Shown: piece by piece, positions 38,912-48,147 of the stretch | Layout of the letters: each line of letters opens with the position of its first letter | How positions within the stretch are numbered: position 1 is the first letter of the stretch | DNA from: an uncultured Bacteroidota bacterium | Lineage (GTDB): Bacteria; Bacteroidota; Bacteroidia; Flavobacteriales_D; Sanyastnellaceae | Assembly: GCA_903932685.1 (NCBI GenBank) | Contig: CAIZGX010000058.1 | Span: 634 to 64,633 of the forward strand | Direction: 5' to 3' | Length of the DNA stretch: 64,000 nucleotides | The notes under the pieces: model-generated | The model's input: only the letters and a program-made list of their open reading frames with translations | Told to the model about the DNA's origin: nothing | Databases searched by the model: none | Program-made: the position numbers and the translations under genes

Positions 38912-39484
38912 GTGGAGCTTGTATCAACTTTTCTTCCAACCCAATACGGCGACTTTAAAATTAAGGCGTTCGATAGCGGCAATGCCGAACTTCCGAACTT
39001 GGCTTTAATACACCCCGAGTGCGATAAATCGTTACCTGTTGTTGTGCGTATTCATTCAGAATGCATGACCGGAGATGTCTTCGGATCACGCAAATGCGAT
39101 TGTGGCGATCAGCTGCACGAGGCACTAAAACAATGCGGAGAAGAAAGAGGTGTTTTAATATACTTGCGCCAGGAGGGAAGAGGAATCGGATTAGTGAATA
39201 AACTGAAGGCCTACCAACTGCAAGAGAAAGGCATGGATACCGTTGAAGCGAACGAAGCACTTGGCTTCGATGCTGATTTAAGAACGTTTGATCAAGCAGT
39301 GGAAATATTATTGGAGTTGGAAATTCGACAAGTAAAATTGTTGACGAACAATCCGCTGAAGATGGAAGCTCTTCAAGGCATAGGTTTTGTGAGCGTTGAA
39401 CGCGTTCCGTTGCACGGAGTAGAATTCGATTCGAATAAAAATTATTTGAACACGAAGCGCGAAAAAATGGGACATCAACTTTGA
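38912..39484 (+). CDS. ribA: GTP cyclohydrolase II
   Basis: GTG start. Zinc and active-site region is VRIHSECMTGDVFGSRKCDCGDQL, followed by YLRQEGRGIGL. Confidence 0.85.
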   Translation: MELVSTFLPTQYGDFKIKAFDSGNAELPNLALIHPECDKSLPVVVRIHSECMTGDVFGSRKCDCGDQLHEALKQCGEERGVLIYLRQEGRGIGLVNKLKAYQLQEKGMDTVEANEALGFDADLRTFDQAVEILLELEIRQVKLLTNNPLKMEALQGIGFVSVERVPLHGVEFDSNKNYLNTKREKMGHQL

Positions 39485-39494
39485 TTCTTTCAAC

Positions 39495-41528
39495 ATGAAT
39501 AAAGGCTTATTCATTTTCTTAATTTTCTTTTGTTCCTTGGGAATGCTACATGCCCAAAATTGCGATTACACACCAACGAAGAATATTCAGAAACTATTGG
39601 ATAAGGCAGCGGATGGAAAAAAGTATTCCAGCGATGAACGTATAGTATTTCTGGAACAAGCATTAGAGCAAGACGCGGAATGTCTTCCGTGTATGCTACA
39701 ATTGGGGGAAATGAAATTCCTTCGAGCAAAACGTCAGGGCTCAGGTTTCGAGGAGACCATTCGTCTGTATGAAGAATTAAAAACGAAGTGCGAAGAGTAT
39801 CATTCGGAAATGTATTATTTCTTAGGAGCCATGCACTACGCCAATCAAGCCTATGATGAAGCCGCTGAGTCTTTCGAAAAGTTTTTGCGCTTCCCTGATG
39901 GTAATCCTTCTAAATTTAATTCCAACTACGATAAAAAATACAAAGAGGTTGAAGAGGCTTTGGTTTCAGTGAAAGCCTACAACAAGATTTTCAACGGAAA
40001 TAAAAATTACGTTTTCAAACCGAAAAAAGTAACAGGTGTTTCTACACCGAGCGATGAATACCTTCCCATGATTTCTCCCGATGGTGAAATTTTGTTCTTC
40101 ACACGTTTGCTTATCAAACAAGCCAAAGGAGATTTCACAAGTAAAGAAGTGGAAGAATTCACATGGAGCAAGCGCGTTGATATCAATGCGCAATTCGACA
40201 ACGGATTGGCGCTTCCTCCACCTTTCAACAAAGGCGGTTCATACGGTGGAGCAACGCTTTCAATCGACAACAAAGAACTCATTATTGCGAAGTCTAATCC
40301 GAACGCAAAAAACGCAAACAACATCGATTTGTTTTCAACCCGATTCGAACGCATTACCAAAGATGACGGAAGCATTGGTTATGTATGGAGTGATTGGGTG
40401 AGTTTGGGCGAAGGGGTGAATACACCTGACGGATGGGAAGCGCAGCCTTCATTGAGTGGTGACGGACAAACACTCATCTTCGCTGCCGTGCGTCCGGAAT
40501 GCATGAAAGACAATTCAGGAAATTTCAGTCACGATTTATTCATGTCGCGAAAACAATCTGACGGAACTTGGGGAAAATGCTCAGCACTTCCGACTTCGAT
40601 AAATACAAAGGGACAAGAGAAGGCGCCTTTCATTCATAGCGACAGTCACACCATTTATTTTTCGAGCGATGGGCATTTAGGAGTAGGAGGAATGGATTTC
40701 TTCTACGCGAAAATAAACGTTGACGGAACCTTCAGTGAAGTAGAAAATATTGGAGCTCCCATTAACGATGAAAATGATCAGATTGGAATTATTGTAAGCA
40801 GCGACGGTGAGTTGGCGTACTTCGGAGCCGATCGTTATTTGGGTGAAAAGAGTTACGATATTTTTCAATTCAACATGCCCGAAAAAGCAAAGCCAGAGCG
40901 TGTTGCAATTATTAAAGGGGAAGTAAAAGGCGACGATGGAACCCCTGCACAGAATGCTTCCGTAACTATTCAATACGCTCAGTCGGGTAGTGAAGAGCAA
41001 GTGAAGGTGAACAACGACGACGGTTCATACGCGGCTATTGTTCGCACGAACAAGAAAGAAGATGTGGTGTTGAAGGTGGAAGGAGAAAACATTGCGTTCA
41101 ATGCGCACGTCATTTCGAAAAAAGAAAACAGCGATCCCGCTGCAATCTTGAAGTTGAATTTAGAAACCTCTGTTGTTGCAGAGAACAAACCGTTTGTCAT
41201 TAACGACATTTATTATTCAACCAGTTCGACTTCCATCAATGAAGAATCGAAGTTGATTTTAACTCAGTTTGCAGATTATTTGAAAGAACATGCGTCTTGG
41301 ATCATTGAAATTCGCGGACATACCGATAACATTGGAGACGATAAATCGAATGAAGCACTATCTTTAGGAAGAGCAAATCAAGTCAAAGACTTTTTGGTTT
41401 CGAATGGTGTGAAGGTCGAGCAGTTATCTGCAAAGGGATTCGGGAAAGCGAAGCCTGTTGCATCGAACGACACGGAGTCGGGTAGAGCGAAAAACAGAAG
41501 AACAGAATTTGTAATTAAAAAACTCTAG
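39495..41528 (+). CDS. OmpA family protein with TPR and TolB-like beta-propeller repeats (paralog of 25854-27830)
   Basis: 677 aa with the same architecture as its paralog. C-terminal OmpA domain is [11 protein letters not shown]...NRRTEF. Confidence 0.8.
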   Translation: MNKGLFIFLIFFCSLGMLHAQNCDYTPTKNIQKLLDKAADGKKYSSDERIVFLEQALEQDAECLPCMLQLGEMKFLRAKRQGSGFEETIRLYEELKTKCEEYHSEMYYFLGAMHYANQAYDEAAESFEKFLRFPDGNPSKFNSNYDKKYKEVEEALVSVKAYNKIFNGNKNYVFKPKKVTGVSTPSDEYLPMISPDGEILFFTRLLIKQAKGDFTSKEVEEFTWSKRVDINAQFDNGLALPPPFNKGGSYGGATLSIDNKELIIAKSNPNAKNANNIDLFSTRFERITKDDGSIGYVWSDWVSLGEGVNTPDGWEAQPSLSGDGQTLIFAAVRPECMKDNSGNFSHDLFMSRKQSDGTWGKCSALPTSINTKGQEKAPFIHSDSHTIYFSSDGHLGVGGMDFFYAKINVDGTFSEVENIGAPINDENDQIGIIVSSDGELAYFGADRYLGEKSYDIFQFNMPEKAKPERVAIIKGEVKGDDGTPAQNASVTIQYAQSGSEEQVKVNNDDGSYAAIVRTNKKEDVVLKVEGENIAFNAHVISKKENSDPAAILKLNLETSVVAENKPFVINDIYYSTSSTSINEESKLILTQFADYLKEHASWIIEIRGHTDNIGDDKSNEALSLGRANQVKDFLVSNGVKVEQLSAKGFGKAKPVASNDTESGRAKNRRTEFVIKKL

Positions 41529-41529
41529 C

Positions 41530-42201
41530 ATGCGAATAGATATTCTTACCATTCTGCCTCGCTTGCTCGACGGGCCTTTTGCAGATTCAATCTTGAATCG
41601 CGCGCAGAAGAACGGCCTGTGTGAAATTCACATCCACAACATTCGTGATTACTCAACAGATAAGCACAAGAGTGTAGACGATTATCAGTTTGGCGGTGGA
41701 GCGGGCATGGTGATGCTTATTCAACCCATTGCAGATTGCATAGATAAGTTAAAGGCCGAGCGCGAATACGACGAGATTATTTATTTGACTCCGGATGGAG
41801 ATAGACTAAACCAAAGCATGTGCAACACCTTCTCGTTGGGAAAGAATTTGCTCATGATTTGCGGACATTACAAAGGCATTGATCAGCGTTTACGCGACCA
41901 CTATGTGACGCGCGAAATTTCAATTGGAGATTATGTATTGAGTGGAGGAGAATTAGCTGCTGCTGTTTTGGTAGATGCGATCGTGCGATTAATCCCTGGC
42001 GTGATGAACGATGAAACAAGTGCGTTGACCGATTCGTTTCAAGATAATTTATTGGCTCCTCCCGTATACACGAGACCTGCAGAGTATAACGGTTGGAAGG
42101 TTCCAGATGTTTTGACTTCAGGAAATTTCAAAGTCATTGAAGAGTGGCGCATGCAACAAGCTTTTGAAAAAACGAAAACGCGAAGACCCGACTTGCTATG
42201 A
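41530..42201 (+). CDS. trmD: tRNA (guanine37-N1)-methyltransferase
   Basis: [10 protein letters not shown]... and the SPOUT knot region [14 protein letters not shown]. Confidence 0.93.
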   Translation: MRIDILTILPRLLDGPFADSILNRAQKNGLCEIHIHNIRDYSTDKHKSVDDYQFGGGAGMVMLIQPIADCIDKLKAEREYDEIIYLTPDGDRLNQSMCNTFSLGKNLLMICGHYKGIDQRLRDHYVTREISIGDYVLSGGELAAAVLVDAIVRLIPGVMNDETSALTDSFQDNLLAPPVYTRPAEYNGWKVPDVLTSGNFKVIEEWRMQQAFEKTKTRRPDLL

Positions 42202-43463
42202 GCACGCCACTTGCGGAAAGAATGCGTCCGAAGACATTCGATGAATACGTTGGACAATCGCATTTGATTGGCAAGGGCGCTGTGTTGCGCAGTATTATTG
42301 AAAGCGGACATATACCAAGCATGATTTTCTGGGGCCCTCCGGGTGTTGGGAAAACAACGTTAGCAAATATCATTGCGCAAACACAACAACGTCCTTTCTT
42401 TTCGCTTTCTGCCATCAATAGCGGAGTGAAAGAAATTCGTGAAGTGTTAGATCAAGCCGGAAAGGGCGGACTGTTTCAGAAGAGTGCTATTTTATTCATC
42501 GACGAGATTCATCGCTTTTCAAAGAGCCAGCAAGATTCATTACTCGGTGCGGTTGAGAAGGGAGTTGTAACTCTTATTGGCGCGACAACAGAAAACCCTT
42601 CATTCGAAGTGAACGGCGCCTTGTTGTCGCGCTCGCAGGTATACACCCTGAATGCGCTCACCAAAGATGAACTCAATCAGTTATTGGAAGACGTCATTGT
42701 TCGCGATGAAGCGCTTCGCGCTAGGAATATTCAATTAGAGGAAACGCAATCCTTATTGAAATACAGCGGCGGCGATGCCCGCCGATTGCTAAATGTACTT
42801 GAGTTAGTTGTTGAATCCATTTCAGAGACGCCTTGCGTCATTAAAAACGAATCAGTAGAGAACGTCATTCAAACAAATGCTGCACGTTACGACAAGACCG
42901 GTGAAATGCATTACGATGTCATCTCAGCGTTTATTAAAAGCGTTCGCGGAAGTCATGCGCAAGCAGCAACATATTATCTAGCGCGCATGATTAAAGGCGG
43001 AGAAGACCCGCTATTTATAGCGCGAAGATTGGTCATATTGGCTTCAGAAGACATTGGATTAGCGAATCCGAATGCGCTATTGATTTCGGAAGCAACCTTT
43101 CGCGCTGTTCAAAATATAGGCTGGCCTGAAGCGCGCATTCCACTAAGTATGTGCACAGTGTATTTGGCAACCAGCGCGAAAAGCAATTCTGTCTATACCG
43201 CCATTGACGCCGCTTTGGCGTTGGTGGAACAAACGGGAGATTTGCCTGTGCCTATGCATCTTCGCAATGCTCCAACGAAATTAATGAAGGAGTTGGGATA
43301 CGGAAAGAACTACGAATACGCGCATGCGCACGAAGGGAATTTTGTTCGTCAAGAATTTCTTCCAGAAGAAATTGCATCGTCAGAATTCTACACGCCAGGA
43401 AACAATCCGAAGGAAGCGGCTATTCTAAAATGGCTTCAAGAACGTTGGGGAACGAATGAATAA
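42198..43463 (+). CDS. rarA: replication-associated recombination protein A (AAA+ ATPase)
   Basis: LAERMRP...[20 protein letters not shown] and a MgsA C-terminal domain. Confidence 0.9.
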   Translation: MSTPLAERMRPKTFDEYVGQSHLIGKGAVLRSIIESGHIPSMIFWGPPGVGKTTLANIIAQTQQRPFFSLSAINSGVKEIREVLDQAGKGGLFQKSAILFIDEIHRFSKSQQDSLLGAVEKGVVTLIGATTENPSFEVNGALLSRSQVYTLNALTKDELNQLLEDVIVRDEALRARNIQLEETQSLLKYSGGDARRLLNVLELVVESISETPCVIKNESVENVIQTNAARYDKTGEMHYDVISAFIKSVRGSHAQAATYYLARMIKGGEDPLFIARRLVILASEDIGLANPNALLISEATFRAVQNIGWPEARIPLSMCTVYLATSAKSNSVYTAIDAALALVEQTGDLPVPMHLRNAPTKLMKELGYGKNYEYAHAHEGNFVRQEFLPEEIASSEFYTPGNNPKEAAILKWLQERWGTNE

Positions 43464-44532
43464 TAACACGACACGAAACTTTGGACTCGATTTATTTCGA
43501 GCGTTGGCCATTGTGTTGGTTGTGTTGTCTCACGGAAAATTTTTGTTGAATGGAACGGTTCTAGAGAATTTTCCGTTCGTGAAAATGCTCGACGGCGTTG
43601 ATTTGTTTTTCGTGTTAAGCGGATTTTTAATTGGCGGAATTTTATTGAAGTCCTCTTCTGAAGGATTGAATTGGCGAGGCATTGCGCACTTTTGGAAGAG
43701 AAGATGGTTGCGCACTTTGCCGAATTATTATTTGATCTTGTTCTTGAATTTCATTTTCATTTCTTGTGGAATTATTTCCGGAGACTTAACTGTTTTCGGT
43801 TGGAAGTTTATTGTATTCCTTCAAAATTTCACAAAGCCGCTCATTGGATTTTTCTGGGAGTCGTGGAGCTTGGCAGTTGAGGAGTGGTTCTACATTTTTA
43901 CTCCAGTTATGCTTTGGGGACTACTGAAAGTGTTTCGATTGAAATGGGCTTATCTCATTGCAACGCTTGTAATGATTGCTGTTCCCTTGATCTATCGCGC
44001 TTATTCCTTTGATTCGAAGCTCGACGATTTCTGGTTCGATGTGCAGGTCCGAAAGATTGTGGTCTTTCGACTCGATGCTATTGCATTCGGATTGTTGCTC
44101 GCCTGGATTTGTTCTTTCCATAAAGATCTTTGGGACAAGTGGAAAAACGTAGGGCTTGTTTTGGGTTTGGCAATAGTTTTATTCTTGTTGAATAACAGCG
44201 CTTCCAACGCAACTTTTTATCGTCAAGTATTTTATTTCAGCATAACACCTTTCGCTATAGCACTTATCCTTCCTTGGTTTGAAGGGATTACTTCTTCATG
44301 GAAGCGCTTGGTAAGTGCCGTGACGCACATCAGTAAGATTTCGTATTCGATGTATTTAATTAACCTTGCGCTCGTTGCCCAAGTCATCGGATTGAATTTT
44401 CCTGTTCAAGGAAATGCAGATGGGATAATGAAGTACGTTGCCTATTGGTTTATTGTGATTACAGTCTCTTCGGCGCTTTACTACTTTGTGGAAAGACCGA
44501 TTCTTCGGTGGAGAGATGACGCTTCGCGATGA
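43456..44532 (+). CDS. acyltransferase family 3 membrane protein (OafA-like)
   Basis: N-terminal GLDLFRALAIVLVVLSH and about 10 TM helices. The last five codons and the stop lie inside hairpin array B. Confidence 0.75.
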   Translation: MNNNTTRNFGLDLFRALAIVLVVLSHGKFLLNGTVLENFPFVKMLDGVDLFFVLSGFLIGGILLKSSSEGLNWRGIAHFWKRRWLRTLPNYYLILFLNFIFISCGIISGDLTVFGWKFIVFLQNFTKPLIGFFWESWSLAVEEWFYIFTPVMLWGLLKVFRLKWAYLIATLVMIAVPLIYRAYSFDSKLDDFWFDVQVRKIVVFRLDAIAFGLLLAWICSFHKDLWDKWKNVGLVLGLAIVLFLLNNSASNATFYRQVFYFSITPFAIALILPWFEGITSSWKRLVSAVTHISKISYSMYLINLALVAQVIGLNFPVQGNADGIMKYVAYWFIVITVSSALYYFVERPILRWRDDASR

Positions 44533-44631
44533 CGCAACGCGTTGCGATGACACAACACGACGTGATGACAATCTGCGATTGATGACCACTTCGTGGATGA
44601 CGGCGAAGCCGATGACCGCGCAGCGGATTAA
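44515..44631 (-). repeat. mini-hairpin string, GTCATC family, array B (inverted orientation)
   Basis: GATGAC on the + strand at 44515, 44528, 44546, 44564, 44581, 44596 and 44611, with a degenerate GATTAA at 44626. Six of 7 words are self-complementary. Confidence 0.85.
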
Positions 44632-45647
44632 TGAATGTGGTTTGCGATGTTACGTGCGATGGAAGGACCTTCGTAGATGAAGCCCGTGTATACTTGAACA
44701 AGGGAAGCACCTGCATCTATTTTTTCTTGCGCATTTTGTGAAGTGTGAATTCCTCCAACGCCAATGATTGGAAATGCGCCGTTCGATTTTGAATGCAAAT
44801 AGCGAATCACATCGGTTGAACGCGCACGCACAGGAGCTCCGCTCAATCCGCCCATTCCAATGCTTTGAATGGTTTGTGTACTCGTTTGCAAATTCTCTCT
44901 TGAAATGGTTGTGTTCGTTGCAATGACTCCCGCAATTTTTGTTTGAAGAACAATTTCAACAATGTCATTCAATTGATCGTCTGTTAAATCCGGAGCAATT
45001 TTTAAAAAGATTGGACGCGGTTTTGGGAAGGTGTTATTTGTTTCAGCAAGAGCAGAAAGAATTTTCATTAATGGCTCTTTCTCTTGCAACTCGCGTAAAC
45101 CCGGTGTATTCGGAGAGCTTACATTCACCACGAAATAATCTACACAATCGTGAAGGGCATTCAAACAAATTAAATAATCACTCAACGCATCTTCATTCGG
45201 AGTGATTTTATTCTTTCCGATATTTCCTCCAACAATAATATTTGATTTTCGTTTTCTCAAGCGTACTGCAGCGTCTTCAACCCCACCGTTATTAAATCCC
45301 ATGCGATTAATCAACCCATTATCTAACGGAAGTCTGAATAATCGTGGTTTGTCATTTCCAGGTTGTGCCTTCGGAGTAAGCGTTCCGATTTCCACATGTC
45401 CGAATCCTAACAATGCCAACTCATCTATCCAACGCGCATCCTTATCAAACCCAGCAGCCAATCCCACCTTATTGGGAAATTCAATTCCTGCTACAACAAT
45501 CTTGTTTTCTTTCGCTTTGAAAATTGATTTTAAAATCATTTTTCCTCCAGGCATTCTTGAAGAAAATTTCAATAAATCCATGGCCAAGTAATGCGCCTTC
45601 TCCGGAGAAAAAAGAAAAAAGAAAGGTTTAATCAGAAGCTTATACAT
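44628..45647 (-). CDS. pyrD: dihydroorotate dehydrogenase (quinone), class 2
   Basis: [18 protein letters not shown] and GVGGI motifs. Start taken at [11 protein letters not shown] (45647). Confidence 0.9.
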   Translation of the reverse strand: MYKLLIKPFFFLFSPEKAHYLAMDLLKFSSRMPGGKMILKSIFKAKENKIVVAGIEFPNKVGLAAGFDKDARWIDELALLGFGHVEIGTLTPKAQPGNDKPRLFRLPLDNGLINRMGFNNGGVEDAAVRLRKRKSNIIVGGNIGKNKITPNEDALSDYLICLNALHDCVDYFVVNVSSPNTPGLRELQEKEPLMKILSALAETNNTFPKPRPIFLKIAPDLTDDQLNDIVEIVLQTKIAGVIATNTTISRENLQTSTQTIQSIGMGGLSGAPVRARSTDVIRYLHSKSNGAFPIIGVGGIHTSQNAQEKIDAGASLVQVYTGFIYEGPSIARNIANHIH

Positions 45648-45661
45648 GCTGCAAAAATACA

Positions 45662-45892
45662 GCATCTCATCCATCAATCGTAGATTGTCATCACCTTCGG
45701 TGTCATCCGCTCCGCGGTCATCGGCTTCGCCGTCATCAATCGCAGATTGTCATCACCTTCGGTGTCATCCGCTCCGCGGTCATCGGCTTCGCCGTCATCA
45801 ATCGCAGATTGTCATCACCTTCGGTGTCATCGCAACGCGTTGCGTCATCGCGAAGCGTCATCCGCTCCGCGGTCATCCACGAAGTGGTAATG
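45662..45892 (+). repeat. mini-hairpin string, GTCATC family, array C (largest, with a 62-bp higher-order repeat)
   Basis: 13 perfect GTCATC cores between 45687 and 45877. The 14 intervening or flanking words are all self-complementary. Blocks 45687-45748 and 45749-45810 are identical. Confidence 0.9.
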
Positions 45893-45995
45893 GTGAATAA
45901 CTCTGTTGATATGTGTGAATTTCACTTTCGTCGCAAGGCTTCGTATGCCGTTTATTTTTGATAAAATCGAAAGGTTAACAAAATAGTAAAGGCAT

Positions 45996-46547
45996 ATGAT
46001 TACATTTTTTGGAAAAAAGAAAATCTCAGCAGAACGCGCAGCAACGCTGTTCGTGAATACACTGTTGGATTCAGTGGAAGGTGGTTTTTCGGAAGTTGCT
46101 GGATTTATCCGCGATACGCCTGAGCTAGTTAGTACTCCGAAAATTAGTGATGAGGAATACGGTAAATTCTTAATGATTGCCATTGTAGGAAACTTCAATT
46201 ACTTAAATGAGCATTTCCGCGATGGTGAAGGCGATTTAATTGTTCAGCATTGTATAGATCAGTTCGCACCTGTTTTCGATTTGTCTCCAATTGCCTTCCA
46301 AGCCAAATTGAACGACTACAAGAAGTTCATGGCTCATGTTAATTTCCCTTCGAAGAATATTTTGTACAGCATGTCTAAGGCTGTATTCTTCAAATATGAA
46401 TTGAATCAATACCAAGACGAGTATTTCAGAAGCATGAATACGCCGAATCCAATTTTCTTGAAGAGCTTGGATGAAGTGATGCGTAATTTCATTTGGGACT
46501 GGGAAGCATTCTGCGACAAATACAAGGTTCAGTTAGGCGGAGCCTAA
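45996..46547 (+). CDS. hypothetical cytoplasmic protein (183 aa)
   Basis: ORF only, apparently helical, with no signal peptide or motif recognised. It is bracketed by arrays C and D. Confidence 0.5.
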   Translation: MITFFGKKKISAERAATLFVNTLLDSVEGGFSEVAGFIRDTPELVSTPKISDEEYGKFLMIAIVGNFNYLNEHFRDGEGDLIVQHCIDQFAPVFDLSPIAFQAKLNDYKKFMAHVNFPSKNILYSMSKAVFFKYELNQYQDEYFRSMNTPNPIFLKSLDEVMRNFIWDWEAFCDKYKVQLGGA

Positions 46548-46656
46548 CACGCGTGGCGATGACAATCTTCGATTGATGACGGCAAGGCCGATGACACAAC
46601 ACGTTGTGATGACACTTTCAGTGATGACCTCTTCGCGTATGACACTTCGTGATTAA
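46548..46656 (-). repeat. mini-hairpin string, GTCATC family, array D (inverted orientation)
   Basis: Opens with the palindrome CACGCGTG (46548-46555). GATGAC at 46558, 46575, 46590, 46608 and 46623, then TATGAC (46638) and GATTAA (46651). Confidence 0.8.
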
Positions 46657-48147
46657 TTAATTTTGAATGAAGTATTCTAAGACGGTATCTTTTCCAGATT
46701 TCAAATCTTCTAAACTTTGTTCCAAAGGAATGTTTGGAAGTATGGGCGTTCGCGAATAACTGAACGTGTTTTTATAGTTGTATCGAATGGTCGGAACCGA
46801 ATAGGAAATTCCAGATTCTGAAAGTTGAACGGTGGTGGCGTTACCCCAGGTGCCGTTGGTAGTGGCGTTGCAAGGAGTTCCAATAAGTATTGCTCGATGA
46901 TTGCTTTGAAGCAATTGCGCGAAATCGCAAGCCGCAGAGACTGTATTTCCATTCATAAAAACGGCCATCTTTCCTGTGTAGACATGTTCTTTGCGCTGAC
47001 GCTGAGGGATACTGAAAAATGCGGTGTCTGATTCTTCCAAGGGCGTTTGACTCAACAAGTAGTATTGGTACATATCTTCACTCCGCTTGAATCGTTTCTC
47101 TGTGAATTCTGGGAAATGTTTCATTCTGAAATTTGAAACAATCTGATACGAATAGTCACTCGCTTTCCAGATAATATTACTCGGTGTGTTCAGTCCGGAT
47201 GGAGTTAAAAAGGAGCAGAGGTATTCAACCATTGAACTAGATCCGCCGGGGTTGTCACGAACGTCAATAGCAATATGAAGGATACCTAACTCTCTCGCCG
47301 CTTGAAAGAACTTTCTGATTTTCTTGACGTCGTTTTGAAAAGGTCGTGAAGAAAAGGAGCGAACGGTTAAAACAGCTTTGTCTTCATTCAAATAAAAAGT
47401 AGCTTCAATGTTTTTTTTATTTGGTTTGAAATGTTCGCGTCTAATTTTTTGAAGTTGCTTTATATCTACCAATTGCACTTCAACGCTGTCTATTTTATTG
47501 TCAACGCGGAAAACAATAGTCTCAACATCCCAATCGTTTTGCAAAGGATTTGCAAAAAAATGTGCTGGCGTGTAATAATAGGCTGCGGCTTCGTCGCTGG
47601 CATTCATAGCATTTCCCTCGTCGACGCTCCATTCTTTCGCAAGCTTGTGCAATTCAGTCATGGAAAGTTTTCCAACAGAAAGTATTTCACTTCCAAAAGG
47701 AGGACCACCAATTTGAGTTTCTTCAACATAAAATTTTCCGTCAATGGGTTGAATGAACAAAGGCAAAAAGCCAGAGTCGTATCCACATGATTCGAACAAC
47801 AGGCGATACACGTGTGTCTGCAAATGCGAGTCTTCAACAACACGAATAAATCGATTTAAATTTTGAGCATGTTGAATCATTGTTCTGTCTTCAGAATAAT
47901 AGTTAAAAGCTTTTTTGTACGCTTCGCCAAATGCCTCCTTGCCGCAATAGGCATATGGATCTGGATGAACAGTAAGAAGTTTTTCTTCAAGCTCAATCAG
48001 ATCGTCAATTAAATGGTCAGCGCAAATGCGTTCAATACTTCGTTCGCAGCGATAATACGCTTTTGAATTCGGATCGAAGCACGTGTCGGATTGAGCAGAT
48101 ACTTGAATAGCTGCCAAAGTAAAAAGTAACAAAAGAAGTATACGCAC
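46657..48147 (-). CDS. peptidase S41 family protein
   Basis: 496 aa with a GTG start and a signal peptide. Carries the S41-type motif IDVRDNPGGS. Confidence 0.65.
   Translation of the reverse strand: MRILLLLLFTLAAIQVSAQSDTCFDPNSKAYYRCERSIERICADHLIDDLIELEEKLLTVHPDPYAYCGKEAFGEAYKKAFNYYSEDRTMIQHAQNLNRFIRVVEDSHLQTHVYRLLFESCGYDSGFLPLFIQPIDGKFYVEETQIGGPPFGSEILSVGKLSMTELHKLAKEWSVDEGNAMNASDEAAAYYYTPAHFFANPLQNDWDVETIVFRVDNKIDSVEVQLVDIKQLQKIRREHFKPNKKNIEATFYLNEDKAVLTVRSFSSRPFQNDVKKIRKFFQAARELGILHIAIDVRDNPGGSSSMVEYLCSFLTPSGLNTPSNIIWKASDYSYQIVSNFRMKHFPEFTEKRFKRSEDMYQYYLLSQTPLEESDTAFFSIPQRQRKEHVYTGKMAVFMNGNTVSAACDFAQLLQSNHRAILIGTPCNATTNGTWGNATTVQLSESGISYSVPTIRYNYKNTFSYSRTPILPNIPLEQSLEDLKSGKDTVLEYFIQN

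Noticed and set aside
45662-45892. The GTCATC arrays interpreted as CRISPR arrays.
   Set aside because: The invariant part is only 6 nt and the spacers are only 7-12 nt. The spacers are palindromic and recur between loci. There are five small arrays in both orientations and no cas genes in the window. None of this fits CRISPR.
45662-45892. The arrays interpreted as iterons or phased protein-binding sites of a replication origin.
   Set aside because: Unit spacing is irregular (13-18 bp). No DnaA-box clusters, AT-rich unwinding element or dnaA/dnaN genes are nearby. Arrays occur at five separate junctions. I cannot exclude protein binding to GTCATC, but an origin is not supported.
45646-45900. 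ORFs reading through the hairpin arrays: 45646-45900 (+), 58060-58311 (+), 58062-58247 (+), 21503-21709 (+), 44486-44680 (+), 44356-44589 (-) and 44459-44716 (-).
   Set aside because: Their translations are just low-complexity read-outs of the repeat ([26 protein letters not shown]). The repeat period is not a multiple of 3, so no frame is conserved, and they overlap real genes. I treat them as artefacts of the repeats.
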